From a virus: a stretch of DNA of 64,000 nt. The DNA lies in IMG/VR virus record IMGVR_UViG_3300046454_000714, positions 23,528 to 87,527 of that record. One strand, given 5' to 3'. Positions 8,415 to 17,124 of this stretch are shown here, piece by piece. The notes under the pieces were generated by a model, which saw nothing but the letters and a program-made list of their open reading frames with translations, was not told where the DNA came from and did no database searches. The position numbers and the translations under genes were made by a program. Each line of letters opens with the position of its first letter. Within the stretch, counting starts at the first letter, position 1.

Positions 8415-9764
8415 ATGACCGTCAGCCCGCCCCAGACGAACGGCCACAAGCGGCCGGCCCTGCCCGTAATCGGGGACTGGCGGCCGGTCACACCCCAGCC
8501 CGAGCCCGTCGAGGAACAGCGCAGCCCGGAGCCGGCCCCCGTTGAGACGCCGGAACTGGTCGCCAAGGCGCAGGCCGAGGCAATCCGCGCCCAAGCGTGG
8601 GCCGACGCCGAAGCCAGGCGGATCGCCGCCGAGGCTGAAGCGGACGCGGTGCGCGTCAAGGCGGAGGAGGAGGCGCGCAAGCTGCGGCTCGTCAACGACC
8701 GCGCCGAGCGCCGGGCTCGCGAGGAAGAAGCTGCGTCCGAGGAGCGCATCGCCGAGTCCAACCGGCGCCGCGACGAGGCCGAGCGGGCCCGCATCGCCGC
8801 CGCCCACCAGGCCCGGATCGACGAGCAGGTTGAGGCCCAGAAGGCGAAGGTCGTCGCCAAGGCGGACAAGAAGTGGCGCGGCTGGGCCATCGCCTTCTAC
8901 ACCCTGTGCGCCGCCGTCGCCCTACCGGTCCAGATCTCCGCGTTCTGGGACGAGCGCAAGCCGTGGATGGCCGGCGCCCCTGTCCTTCTGGAGATCGCCG
9001 CTCTCGTTGTCGCGTTCGGTACCGCCGCCGCGGTGGCGAACAAGCGCCCGCACTGGCACTTCCGTCTGATCACCTGGGTGCTCGCGTTCATCGCGGCCAG
9101 CGTCAACCTGTGGCACGGCATGCAGGAGTTCGACCCGGCAACCGCCGTCGGTACCGCGCTCGCCTCCGTGTTCGGGCCCGGCGTGTGGGACCTGCATGAG
9201 CACGGGCGGATCCGTAAGCGCGACGGCGTGCCGACCCGGCGGGAGCGGAAGGCGCAGGAGAGGGCGGCGAAGGACGAGGTCAAGCGGGCAGCTGCCGAAG
9301 AGGCACAGCGCGCCGCCGAGAAGGAGGCTGCAGCCAAGGCCGCCGAGGAGGCTGCGAGGAAGCTCGCCGATCGTCGCGCGAAGCTCTTCTCGAAGGTGTG
9401 GGAGCACGCCGAGAAGCTCGCCACGGATCTTGGCGAGACAGCCGTGACCGAGGCCATCTGGGAGCGCGCCAAGCTCGACGTCGAGGGCGCGCGGCCGGGC
9501 GAGTCGGCGGAGGTTTTCCGCATGCGTAACGCCGCCGAAGCGAGGGTCTCGGCGGCCCGCGAGAAGCGCTCCGTGAGCGGATCAACACAGCAGGTCGCTT
9601 CGCAAGTGCTCGGCTCCAAGATGCCTCGCGTCTACAACCCGCCCGCACGCCCCGGACGGCGCACCAAGGGCGACGTGAAATACGCGCCTGGCGCCAGCCG
9701 TCAGGCATCCATCGCGGCCCGTGAAGCCGTCGCCAAGAAGACCGCCCAGAAGGACCCGTCATGA
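8415..9764 (+). CDS. Coiled-coil, four-TM membrane protein (SpdB2/DUF2637-like spreading protein)
   Basis: Coiled coil, four hydrophobic helices, coiled coil; translationally coupled to the traB-like gene. Confidence 0.7.
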   Translation: MTVSPPQTNGHKRPALPVIGDWRPVTPQPEPVEEQRSPEPAPVETPELVAKAQAEAIRAQAWADAEARRIAAEAEADAVRVKAEEEARKLRLVNDRAERRAREEEAASEERIAESNRRRDEAERARIAAAHQARIDEQVEAQKAKVVAKADKKWRGWAIAFYTLCAAVALPVQISAFWDERKPWMAGAPVLLEIAALVVAFGTAAAVANKRPHWHFRLITWVLAFIAASVNLWHGMQEFDPATAVGTALASVFGPGVWDLHEHGRIRKRDGVPTRRERKAQERAAKDEVKRAAAEEAQRAAEKEAAAKAAEEAARKLADRRAKLFSKVWEHAEKLATDLGETAVTEAIWERAKLDVEGARPGESAEVFRMRNAAEARVSAAREKRSVSGSTQQVASQVLGSKMPRVYNPPARPGRRTKGDVKYAPGASRQASIAAREAVAKKTAQKDPS

Positions 9765-11860
9765 GCCTCGACATGAACCCGGAACTCCCGCCCGGCTGGG
9801 ACCTGACGAAGGTCATTCCCGGTGAGCTCGAAGTCCCCGACGACCTGTCCGGGGAACTCGACGACGACATCGCGCCCGGCATGCTCCTGCCCTACGAGCC
9901 GCGGCTGCCCGTCCTGCGGAAGACCGGGTCGGCGGCCATGGTCGTCGCCGCCACGACCGGGCGCGCGGTCGGACTGTCGGCGCGCGGCGGCTGGACGGCG
10001 ACCCGCTGGTTCGTCGCCGGCGCCCGCGCCGTCTCCTACCTCGGTTGGCGCTATGTCCGCACGCACGACTACCAGGAGGAGATCGGCGGCGTCACCTCGT
10101 CGGCCGACCACCGGCGCAACGTCGACCTCCGACACCGGCGGTGGAAATTCCTCGGGTGGGCGGCCGGCGCGACGGCGGCGCTCAATCTGGCCGGCTGGTG
10201 GGCGCTCGTTGCCCAGGCCGGGATGGCCGCTTCGGACTCGTGGTGGATCACGCCGGGCGTGCTCGCCCTGTCCGTGGCCGCCGCCGTCAGCTGGTACGGG
10301 CGCTACCGGCTCGGCAACCCAGGCCTCGCGCCCGAGCAGGCGATGGCGGACCAGGACGACCCGGAGTCGGATGAGCCGTTCCCGCTCGGCGTATGCCAGT
10401 CGCCGAGCCAAGTCGAAGAGTGCGTGTCCCGCGCACTCGCCTGGGAAGGCATCGGCACCCGCGCGGTTCGCGTGCTCGGCTACCGCGGCTGGGGCTGGGA
10501 GATCGACGTCATCCTCAAGGGCGCGGCGCCGGAGCAGGTCAACGCCGTGATGAGCAAGCTGGACTCCCACTTCGGCATCGGCAAGGGGCAGACCCTCTGC
10601 GAGCCGGACCCGGAGGACAACTCGCACCTCACGCTGCGTCTCGTGCAGTCGGATCCGTTCGCCGACATGCCCCGCCCGGCCGTGCACTCGCCGAACAGTC
10701 TGTCCGTGAAGGATGCGGTGGTGTACGGCCGCTGCATGGACGGCACTCTCTTCGAGGCGCGCCTGCGCGGAATGTTCATGATGATCATCGGTTCGTCCGG
10801 GTCGGCGAAGACCAAGGGCGCACTGCGCTGCCTCGCCGAGGTCATCACCGCATGCCGGGACGCCATCGCCATCGAGATGGACCCGGTCAAGGACGGAATC
10901 CGCGAGTTCTCCGAGGTCATGGCGCTGCCGCCGATCCGCGGGCCGAAGGAGTGCACGGAGAAGCTGCGCTGGCTGCGCGATATCGCGTCGGCCCGCAACC
11001 AGGTGAAGTCGGCCAAGGAGATGGGGGACCTGTGGGAGCCCACCCCCGAAGAGCCCGCCATCTTCGGCATCGTTGACGAGTTCATCTTCCTGCCGCGCGA
11101 GGCGAAGGAGCTCGCCATTGAGATCCTCCGCATCGGGCGCGAGACCGGCGTCTACCTCCTCTTCGCCGCCCAGGAAGCCACGCAGGACTCCCTCGGCGAC
11201 GCCATCGCCAGCGCCGTCACCTACCGGGTGATGCTCGCCGCGCGCAGCGAGGACATCCCCCTCGTCCTGGGCAAGGGGGCTTCCGCGATGGGCTACCGCC
11301 CGGACCGGTTGCGCCCGGCCGTCGATGACGAGCGGGTGTACGACGCCGGCAAGTTCTACGTCGCCGGCCCCGGCTTCGACCGGCCGGTGTTGTGGCGGTG
11401 GAACCGGTTCGAGCGCGACCAGATCCGGCAGGCGGTCAAGGACCGCAAGGACGCCGGCCGCCCTTGGTTCGACCATGCCAGCCTTGCCGCCGCCAACCTG
11501 CTGCACGTGATCCGTCGGGACGGGGTGGCGGGTGGGGCCTCTCTGGCTGACCGCCTCGTTGCCCTCGATGAGCAGGGCGGCGTGGAGGACGCGGCGGTGG
11601 TCGCCGTCCTGCTTCGGGCCTTCGGCGGCAAGACGTTCCTGCCGACGACCGAGGAACTGCTTCCCGCGCTTGCCGACGCAGGCGTCCAGATGGATGCGAA
11701 TGGTCTTGCCCAGCTCTTCCGGAAGCATGCCCCGTCGGTGACTGCGAGCCGTCAGGAGTGGGATGGCCGGCCGCAGGTCCGCGGCTGGTCCCGGGAGTCC
11801 GTCGAGCAGGCCGCAGCAGGGCTGTTGGACCCGGCTATGGCCCGTCTACGGGCCGCCTAA
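9761..11860 (+). CDS. traB: TraB-like FtsK/SpoIIIE DNA translocase (Streptomyces plasmid/AICE transfer protein)
   Basis: N-terminal TM helices; Walker A GSSGSAKT; EMDPVK; Walker B IFGIVDEF; RIGRETGV..L.AAQ; C-terminal wHTH-like region ending VRGW. Confidence 0.85.
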   Translation: MSLDMNPELPPGWDLTKVIPGELEVPDDLSGELDDDIAPGMLLPYEPRLPVLRKTGSAAMVVAATTGRAVGLSARGGWTATRWFVAGARAVSYLGWRYVRTHDYQEEIGGVTSSADHRRNVDLRHRRWKFLGWAAGATAALNLAGWWALVAQAGMAASDSWWITPGVLALSVAAAVSWYGRYRLGNPGLAPEQAMADQDDPESDEPFPLGVCQSPSQVEECVSRALAWEGIGTRAVRVLGYRGWGWEIDVILKGAAPEQVNAVMSKLDSHFGIGKGQTLCEPDPEDNSHLTLRLVQSDPFADMPRPAVHSPNSLSVKDAVVYGRCMDGTLFEARLRGMFMMIIGSSGSAKTKGALRCLAEVITACRDAIAIEMDPVKDGIREFSEVMALPPIRGPKECTEKLRWLRDIASARNQVKSAKEMGDLWEPTPEEPAIFGIVDEFIFLPREAKELAIEILRIGRETGVYLLFAAQEATQDSLGDAIASAVTYRVMLAARSEDIPLVLGKGASAMGYRPDRLRPAVDDERVYDAGKFYVAGPGFDRPVLWRWNRFERDQIRQAVKDRKDAGRPWFDHASLAAANLLHVIRRDGVAGGASLADRLVALDEQGGVEDAAVVAVLLRAFGGKTFLPTTEELLPALADAGVQMDANGLAQLFRKHAPSVTASRQEWDGRPQVRGWSRESVEQAAAGLLDPAMARLRAA

Positions 11861-11966
11861 CCCCCGTCTTTGCCCCGTCTATGGCCCGACTAGGCGATCA
11901 AGAGAAGCCGCAGGTAGCCGGGCCATAGACGGGTCTTAGTCGGGCCAAAGACGGCCCATAGACACC
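11830..11966. repeat. clt-like locus: two opposed arrays of 8-bp repeats, 11-bp period
   Basis: CCCGTCTA-like units at 11830, 11841, 11852, 11863, 11874, 11885; reverse-complement TAGACGGG-like units at 11915, 11926, 11937, 11948, 11959. Confidence 0.88.
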
Positions 11967-12010
11967 CTATTGATCCACATATGCGAAGTTCTTGAGAGGG
12001 AGTCCCGATC

Positions 12011-12646
12011 ATGGCAGCGAAGCGTCCCGCAAGGCGGCAGCCGGCCCGCCGCAAAGCCCCGGCGCGCCGCCGCACCACCGCGACCGCCACCCGACGGAAA
12101 CACCCCGCCCGACGCGTCAAAATCCCCCGCAAAGGACCGCTCACCGCCCGCCTCGGCAACTGGCTCGTCCTGCGAGTCATCGCCCCCATGGTCGACACCC
12201 GGCGGGATGAGATCCGCTCCCGCAAGGACGCCGCGATCCTCCGCGCCACCCACGAGGGCTGCAAGGTCTGCCACGGCAACGGACAGATCTTCACCAAGGG
12301 CAAGGACGGCTCCTTCACCGGATCGAAGCCCTGCACGGCCAAGCCGACCAAGGAGAAGGTCTCCCGCTGGGAGGTCAACAAGGCCGCCCGCATGGGGGGC
12401 GACCGGCGGACCGGACTCATTGGCTACTCGTGCCCCTGCGGCAAGAAGGAGAAGCCCCGCTACCGCGACGCCAAGGAAGCCACCAAGGCCCTGCGCGGCC
12501 ACGAGAAGCAGAAGCACGGCGGCAAGAGCGTCGGCGGCACCTGGTACGCACAGCAGACCGCGGCGGCAGCCCTCGCCCCCTCGCAGCCCGCACCCGCACC
12601 CAAGACCAGCATGCGTAAGGCGCCGGCGAAGGCAGGCACCCCGTGA
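12011..12646 (+). CDS. Basic Zn-finger protein (CxxCxGxG, CPCG)
   Basis: K/R-rich N-terminus; CKVCHGNG. Confidence 0.75.
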   Translation: MAAKRPARRQPARRKAPARRRTTATATRRKHPARRVKIPRKGPLTARLGNWLVLRVIAPMVDTRRDEIRSRKDAAILRATHEGCKVCHGNGQIFTKGKDGSFTGSKPCTAKPTKEKVSRWEVNKAARMGGDRRTGLIGYSCPCGKKEKPRYRDAKEATKALRGHEKQKHGGKSVGGTWYAQQTAAAALAPSQPAPAPKTSMRKAPAKAGTP

Positions 12647-12846
12647 CCCCGACTCTTCTGTGCCCGCGCGGCTGCGGAACCGGCTTCGCCTCGATCACCA
12701 ACGAGTTCGAGCCGCTCCAAGGCCGCGGCAACAACGGCATGGCGATCATGACCGTCACCGGCGAATGCAACGGCTGCGGACTCCTCTGCGACAACGAGAT
12801 CGAAGGCCGACTCGAAGAACTCACCATCGTCACCCGAAACGGATAG
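12643..12846 (+). CDS. Small Zn-ribbon protein
   Basis: CPRGCG...CNGCG; GTGA overlap. Confidence 0.6.
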   Translation: MTPTLLCPRGCGTGFASITNEFEPLQGRGNNGMAIMTVTGECNGCGLLCDNEIEGRLEELTIVTRNG

Positions 12847-12869
12847 CCCACCCGAAGGAGACCCGCACC

Positions 12870-13358
12870 ATGCTCGACCTGCCCGAGCCGAAGCCCACCG
12901 CCACCGCGACCGGGCAGGACCGCAACGCCATCATCGACCAGCGCGCCGACCAGTTCCTCGCCGCCATCAACGACGCCGCAGCCACCTACTACCGCGACGA
13001 CAGCCCGACCCCCACCGTCGGCACCACCCCACCCGTACCCCAGCCCGGCCGGCCGCCGATGAGCCAGAGAGCCACCGACGCCAGCGCGTTGATGCTGTCC
13101 GGCGGCATCGCCTCCGTGTTCGTCAGCGGCGGCATCAGCCTCATCCTCTGGTCGTCCGGGCACGCCGATTCGACCGTCATCGCCTGGATGAGTGCTGGCC
13201 CGCCCATGGCCTTCCTGTCGCTGAAAGCCCTCATCAAGGGCGTCAAGCGCGCGACCGTACCCGACATCCACGTGCACAACTACAGCGGGCCCGTCACCCA
13301 GCACCACCGCACCTCGAACAACCGCAGCATCTGGAACAAGAACATCAACAGCCAGTGA
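12870..13358 (+). CDS. Membrane protein, Spd-like
   Basis: PVPQPGRPPMSQRATDAS followed by two TM helices and a H/T-rich tail. Confidence 0.7.
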   Translation: MLDLPEPKPTATATGQDRNAIIDQRADQFLAAINDAAATYYRDDSPTPTVGTTPPVPQPGRPPMSQRATDASALMLSGGIASVFVSGGISLILWSSGHADSTVIAWMSAGPPMAFLSLKALIKGVKRATVPDIHVHNYSGPVTQHHRTSNNRSIWNKNINSQ

Positions 13359-13370
13359 AGGAGCCCCGCC

Positions 13371-13616
13371 ATGTTCCATCCCGAGCTCGGCCCGATCGCC
13401 CGCCTGTTCATCGCCGTCGCCGTGTTCGCCCCGTCGCTGTCCGCCGGATACGCCGTGACCGTCGCCCTGATGGCGGTCGGCGTGCCGGAGATTGTCGCCG
13501 CGGTTCCGGCGGCGCTCACCGCCCTCGCCGGGATTCTCGCCCTCACCTACGGCGCCGAGTCCCTCGCCAACTGGCGGGCCGACGCGGTCGCCACGAAGGG
13601 AGCAGCGGGCGCCTGA
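13371..13616 (+). CDS. Small membrane protein
   Basis: AAGGAG RBS; hydrophobic. Confidence 0.7.
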   Translation: MFHPELGPIARLFIAVAVFAPSLSAGYAVTVALMAVGVPEIVAAVPAALTALAGILALTYGAESLANWRADAVATKGAAGA

Positions 13617-13808
13617 TCAGCCAGCGACAGAGCCCCAGCCTTCCTCGGCCGGGGCTTTCGTCGTATCGGGTACGGCGCGCGCCATCCACCGTCCGTCGGT
13701 GAGGCATTTCGGCGGCATGTGGGGTGCGAGGCCCAGCGACAGCAGCAGCTGGTAGCCCTCGGCGGTCTCCGCCTCGTCGTCGCCCTGCACGGTGAAACGT
13801 AAGGCCAT
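13617..13808 (-). CDS. Hypothetical protein
   Basis: MALRFTVQGDDEAE...RWMARAV. Confidence 0.55.
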   Translation of the reverse strand: MALRFTVQGDDEAETAEGYQLLLSLGLAPHMPPKCLTDGRWMARAVPDTTKAPAEEGWGSVAG

Positions 13809-13861
13809 GACGGCAGTGTGGCGCGGGCGGTGGGGGAGCGGGGCGGGAATCGGGAAGCGGG

Positions 13862-14137
13862 CTACTCGGCTGGCGGGTCGGCCCGTTTGCCCGTGGTGCG
13901 CCCCTTGGCGATCTGGTGGGCGCGGACGCGGTGGACTCCCAGCTCCTTGCCGATCTGGTCGTAGCTGAGCCCGGTCTCGTGCATCTCCTGAACGGCGCCC
14001 TGCCGGATCTCCTGGAGCCAGTGCTGTAGCTCAGGGATCGCTTGGAGCGCAGCCCCGACGCTCTTGGCGCGCTCGGTCGGATCTCCCTGCTCGGCAAGGT
14101 GCTTGAGGTTCTCGAAGGGGCTCGGCGGCGTCGTCAT
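13862..14137 (-). CDS. Small HTH DNA-binding protein
   Basis: GLSYDQIGKELGVHRVRAHQIAKG. Confidence 0.8.
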   Translation of the reverse strand: MTTPPSPFENLKHLAEQGDPTERAKSVGAALQAIPELQHWLQEIRQGAVQEMHETGLSYDQIGKELGVHRVRAHQIAKGRTTGKRADPPAE

Positions 14138-14141
14138 GGAT

Positions 14142-14190
14142 CGATTGTAAGGGGTGGCTTGACGATTGCAAGGGGACCCCTTACGATTGA
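14142..14190 (+). promoter_or_regulatory. Housekeeping-sigma promoter with overlapping operator repeats
   Basis: TTGACG (14159)-17 bp-TACGAT (14182); CGATTG(T/C)AAGGGG repeated; GTAAGGGG...CCCCTTAC inverted. Confidence 0.7.
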
Positions 14191-14223
14191 GGCATCGCCA
14201 AGGGAACCAGCAGGGGAGACGGC

Positions 14224-14544
14224 ATGAAGACCAAGGCCCGCATCGACTGGACGAATGTCGTCAACTTCGACAACTACGGCAGCTTCTGGGGATACGACAC
14301 CGTCGAAGACGCCGAGATCGGCATCGAGCAGGCCCAGATCATCGGTCAAGACATCGACGAGTGGCATGCCACCGACCGCAGCGGACTCCTCATGCGGATC
14401 GTCCGGATCGCCGACCCCGAGTTCCTCGACACCATCGCCATCTTCCCCGCCGAGTGCACCGACTGCGGCGCCCCCGTCACGTCGGTCAAGTGGGTCACCG
14501 ACGAGCACCACGCCAAGTGCCCCCGGCGGGACCCGAACTTCTGA
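14224..14544 (+). CDS. Hypothetical protein with C-terminal Zn ribbon
   Basis: GGGGAG RBS; CTDCG. Confidence 0.7.
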   Translation: MKTKARIDWTNVVNFDNYGSFWGYDTVEDAEIGIEQAQIIGQDIDEWHATDRSGLLMRIVRIADPEFLDTIAIFPAECTDCGAPVTSVKWVTDEHHAKCPRRDPNF

Positions 14545-14608
14545 CCCGCCCCGCCCGGCCTTTCGAGGCCGGGCCCCACCACCGAACCGCCGCGCTCAAG
14601 GAGTTCCG

Positions 14609-15019
14609 TTGACTGTCGCCGACCTGAAGTCGTTTCCCGAGTCCAGCGTCCCCGCCGCCTTCGATCGCGGTCACCTGCACAGCCCGGACATGGGCTACAT
14701 GCAGTACGCCCTGAAAGGGCGCTACGACTACCGGCCCGGCAACGATTTCGAGCCCATGGCGGAGGCCCCGCGCGGCGACGCTAAGGCGTGGGCCTGGTGG
14801 TGGCGCAACACCGCGCGGATCGACGTACCCGACTACCTCGGGCTGCACGTCGGCGACGAGATCACCATCCGCCACGTGATTTCCACGGGCCCTGGTGTCG
14901 TGATCGAGACCCACCGATGCGGCGCCGTAGTCCGCTACCCGATGCCCAAGGGCGCCAACAAGCCGCACGACGAGATGTACGTCCGCCGCCGCAACTGCTC
15001 CGGCCACTGGTACCCGTAG
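14609..15019 (+). CDS. Hypothetical protein
   Basis: AAGGAG RBS plus TTG start. Confidence 0.65.
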   Translation: MTVADLKSFPESSVPAAFDRGHLHSPDMGYMQYALKGRYDYRPGNDFEPMAEAPRGDAKAWAWWWRNTARIDVPDYLGLHVGDEITIRHVISTGPGVVIETHRCGAVVRYPMPKGANKPHDEMYVRRRNCSGHWYP

Positions 15020-15028
15020 GAGGTTGCC

Positions 15029-15304
15029 GTGATCGCCCGCCCGCCGTACACCATCCCGGTCCCGGATGCGGTCGCCGACCTCGCCGCCCGGCAACTCCCC
15101 GGCCGGGTGCTCGAAGCCGTCGACGAGGCCGGACTGTGCGGGCGACTGCTCACCGGACGGACGCTGGCCGCCTGCCCGGCTGTGGTCCGCGCCGAACCCG
15201 CGATACGGCTGCACGCCCGACTCGCGTGGGCCAACAAACGACTCGCCGCCCACAACCCGGGGCTCGTACACGGCTGGGGCGACCTGCCCGGCCTCAACCG
15301 ATAG
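15029..15304 (+). CDS. Hypothetical protein
   Basis: AGGAGG RBS. Confidence 0.65.
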   Translation: MIARPPYTIPVPDAVADLAARQLPGRVLEAVDEAGLCGRLLTGRTLAACPAVVRAEPAIRLHARLAWANKRLAAHNPGLVHGWGDLPGLNR

Positions 15305-15313
15305 GAACGCCTG

Positions 15314-15856
15314 ATGGCCGACGAGAAGACGCCCAAGCAGCTCAAAGCAGAACAACTCCAGCAGCAAGCCGACCGACTCTCAGCCGAAGCGCAACAGCGG
15401 AGTGAGCGCGCGCACGGCATGTACGGCCGGTTCGCTGGTGGCCAGCCGCTCCTCTCTGGCCATCACTCGTACCGCAGCGCCCGCCGCGCCAAGGATCGCG
15501 CTGACGCCGCCTCCGACCGTGCCATCGACGCTTACAAGGCGGCCGAGAGCGCCCAAGCGAAGGCGAAGTGGGCGAAGGCGGACGCCGACGCGCGAGCCGA
15601 GATAACCGACACCGTCGCCACCCGGTCCCGGCCTTGGGAGCCCACCGACTTCCAGGTCGGCGACATCGTCACCGTCCGCGTCTTCGAGACGAGCACCAGC
15701 ACCTACCGCGTCAAGCGGGTCAACAAGAAGACGCTCACCCTCGATGGCGGCGGAGGCGGATGGGACGACCCCAAGCGCGAATACGACCGCGTACTCTCCC
15801 GCACCCGCGACGGTGCCACCATCACCAACCCTGCCGAAACGGAGGACGTTCAGTGA
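15314..15856 (+). CDS. DUF3560-like protein
   Basis: GQPLLSGHHSYRSARR...VKRVNKKT. Confidence 0.75.
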   Translation: MADEKTPKQLKAEQLQQQADRLSAEAQQRSERAHGMYGRFAGGQPLLSGHHSYRSARRAKDRADAASDRAIDAYKAAESAQAKAKWAKADADARAEITDTVATRSRPWEPTDFQVGDIVTVRVFETSTSTYRVKRVNKKTLTLDGGGGGWDDPKREYDRVLSRTRDGATITNPAETEDVQ

Positions 15857-16269
15857 TCCGCGAAGACCGATTCCTGATCAGCCGCAAGCCGTTCGCTATC
15901 GACCTGTCCACCGTCACCGGCAGCCAGCACCCACGCGGTGATCTCTACGCCTTCAGCGGCACCGCGAACGCCGTCTGGTTCCGGCGGCAGGGCGGCGTCA
16001 CAAAGGCCTGCCTCGGCTTGCTGAAGTTGTGGAGCCACTACCTGCCGGCCCCGCTCAACCTCGACGACCCGCACGCGGTCCTGTCCGCCGACCTCGACGG
16101 CCGCTACGGCGGTGACTGCCACGGCCGGTGGGACGGCGAACGGTACTGGGGCGCGCAAGAACCCTTCGTGCAGTCGCTCCACCTGACCCTGCTCGAACCG
16201 ATGCTCGCCAACTATCCGGCAATCCCCGACGGCCACGACGGCTGGTGGACGTTCCAGGAACCCCGGTGA
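15853..16269 (+). CDS. Hypothetical protein
   Basis: GTGA overlap, GGAGG RBS. Confidence 0.7.
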   Translation: MIREDRFLISRKPFAIDLSTVTGSQHPRGDLYAFSGTANAVWFRRQGGVTKACLGLLKLWSHYLPAPLNLDDPHAVLSADLDGRYGGDCHGRWDGERYWGAQEPFVQSLHLTLLEPMLANYPAIPDGHDGWWTFQEPR

Positions 16270-16670
16270 CCGCCCCGACCGAGCCTGCCCCGGCGCCCAT
16301 ACCGGAGCCGCCCGCTTCGACCGCTGGTGGGGCGACCGCGACATCAACCGAGACGAGAACTGACGTGCAGACCATCCGCGACATCCAGGCCGCAGCCTGG
16401 GAAAACAAGCTCGCGAAAGGCTTCAACATCAGCGACGTGGCCTTGGAGTTCGGCCTCCTAACCGCCGAAATCGGCGAAGCCTTCACCGCCTGGCGCAAAG
16501 ACCTCCCCGACTACGGGGAAGAACTCGCCGACATCTTCCTCTACCTCGTCGCCGTAGCGGAAATGACCGGCATCGACCTCGCCGACGCCGTCACGCACAA
16601 GATGGCGATCAACGCCGCCCGCACCTACCGGGCCAACCACAACGGTGTACCCATCCGAGACGAGGACTGA
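16266..16670 (+). CDS. MazG-like nucleotide pyrophosphohydrolase (alternative start 16365)
   Basis: LLTAEIGEAFTAWRK...EELADIFLYL...KMAINAAR. Confidence 0.85.
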   Translation: MTAPTEPAPAPIPEPPASTAGGATATSTETRTDVQTIRDIQAAAWENKLAKGFNISDVALEFGLLTAEIGEAFTAWRKDLPDYGEELADIFLYLVAVAEMTGIDLADAVTHKMAINAARTYRANHNGVPIRDED

Positions 16671-16672
16671 GC

Positions 16673-16885
16673 ATGCCGATCCCCGAACACGATCTCTACG
16701 CCCCGTGTCCCCACGAGAAGCCGCGCACCGAGTGCAGGGAGCAGAGCTGCCGCGACTACCTGCGCGCCGTCGAGGCCGAGGAATACGTGCGCGCCGACAA
16801 CTCGGCCGAGGCGTGGGAAGAGGACTGGGACAGCTCGCCGCAACTCGGCGGCATGGGCGAAGAACTGCGACAGGGGGACCAATGA
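16673..16885 (+). CDS. Hypothetical protein
   Basis: Coupled small ORF. Confidence 0.6.
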   Translation: MPIPEHDLYAPCPHEKPRTECREQSCRDYLRAVEAEEYVRADNSAEAWEEDWDSSPQLGGMGEELRQGDQ

Positions 16886-17124
16886 CCGCCGACCCGTTCA
16901 ACATCCCGACGGGCCCGATCAACTTCGAGCCCCTCGACTACCGGCCGTCCGCCGAGCAAGAGGCCATCCTCCGCAGCATCCTCGCCGCTGCCGAAGTCGA
17001 GCTGGGCGCCTACGACGAACGGATCCTGCGATGGCTCGCGCAGTTCGCGGACTGGGGGACGTTCGCCGTCATCGCATCGTGGATCGCGCGGGCGGCAGAC
17101 CCGACCACGAAGGAGACCTCATGA
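16882..17124 (+). CDS. Hypothetical protein
   Basis: VELGAYDERILRWLA, a common actinophage motif. Confidence 0.7.
   Translation: MTADPFNIPTGPINFEPLDYRPSAEQEAILRSILAAAEVELGAYDERILRWLAQFADWGTFAVIASWIARAADPTTKETS

Noticed and set aside
9701-11728. 675-aa minus-strand ORF opposite traB, and similar long ORFs at 29381-31276, 34278-35663, 41344-43728 and 43762-46308
   Set aside because: Typical high-GC shadow frames with no recognisable motifs, unlike the antisense ORF in the intein.
11830-11966. Possible CRISPR array or replication iterons
   Set aside because: Units are 8 bp with 3-bp spacers, and there is no cas or rep gene nearby; adjacency to traB fits clt better.
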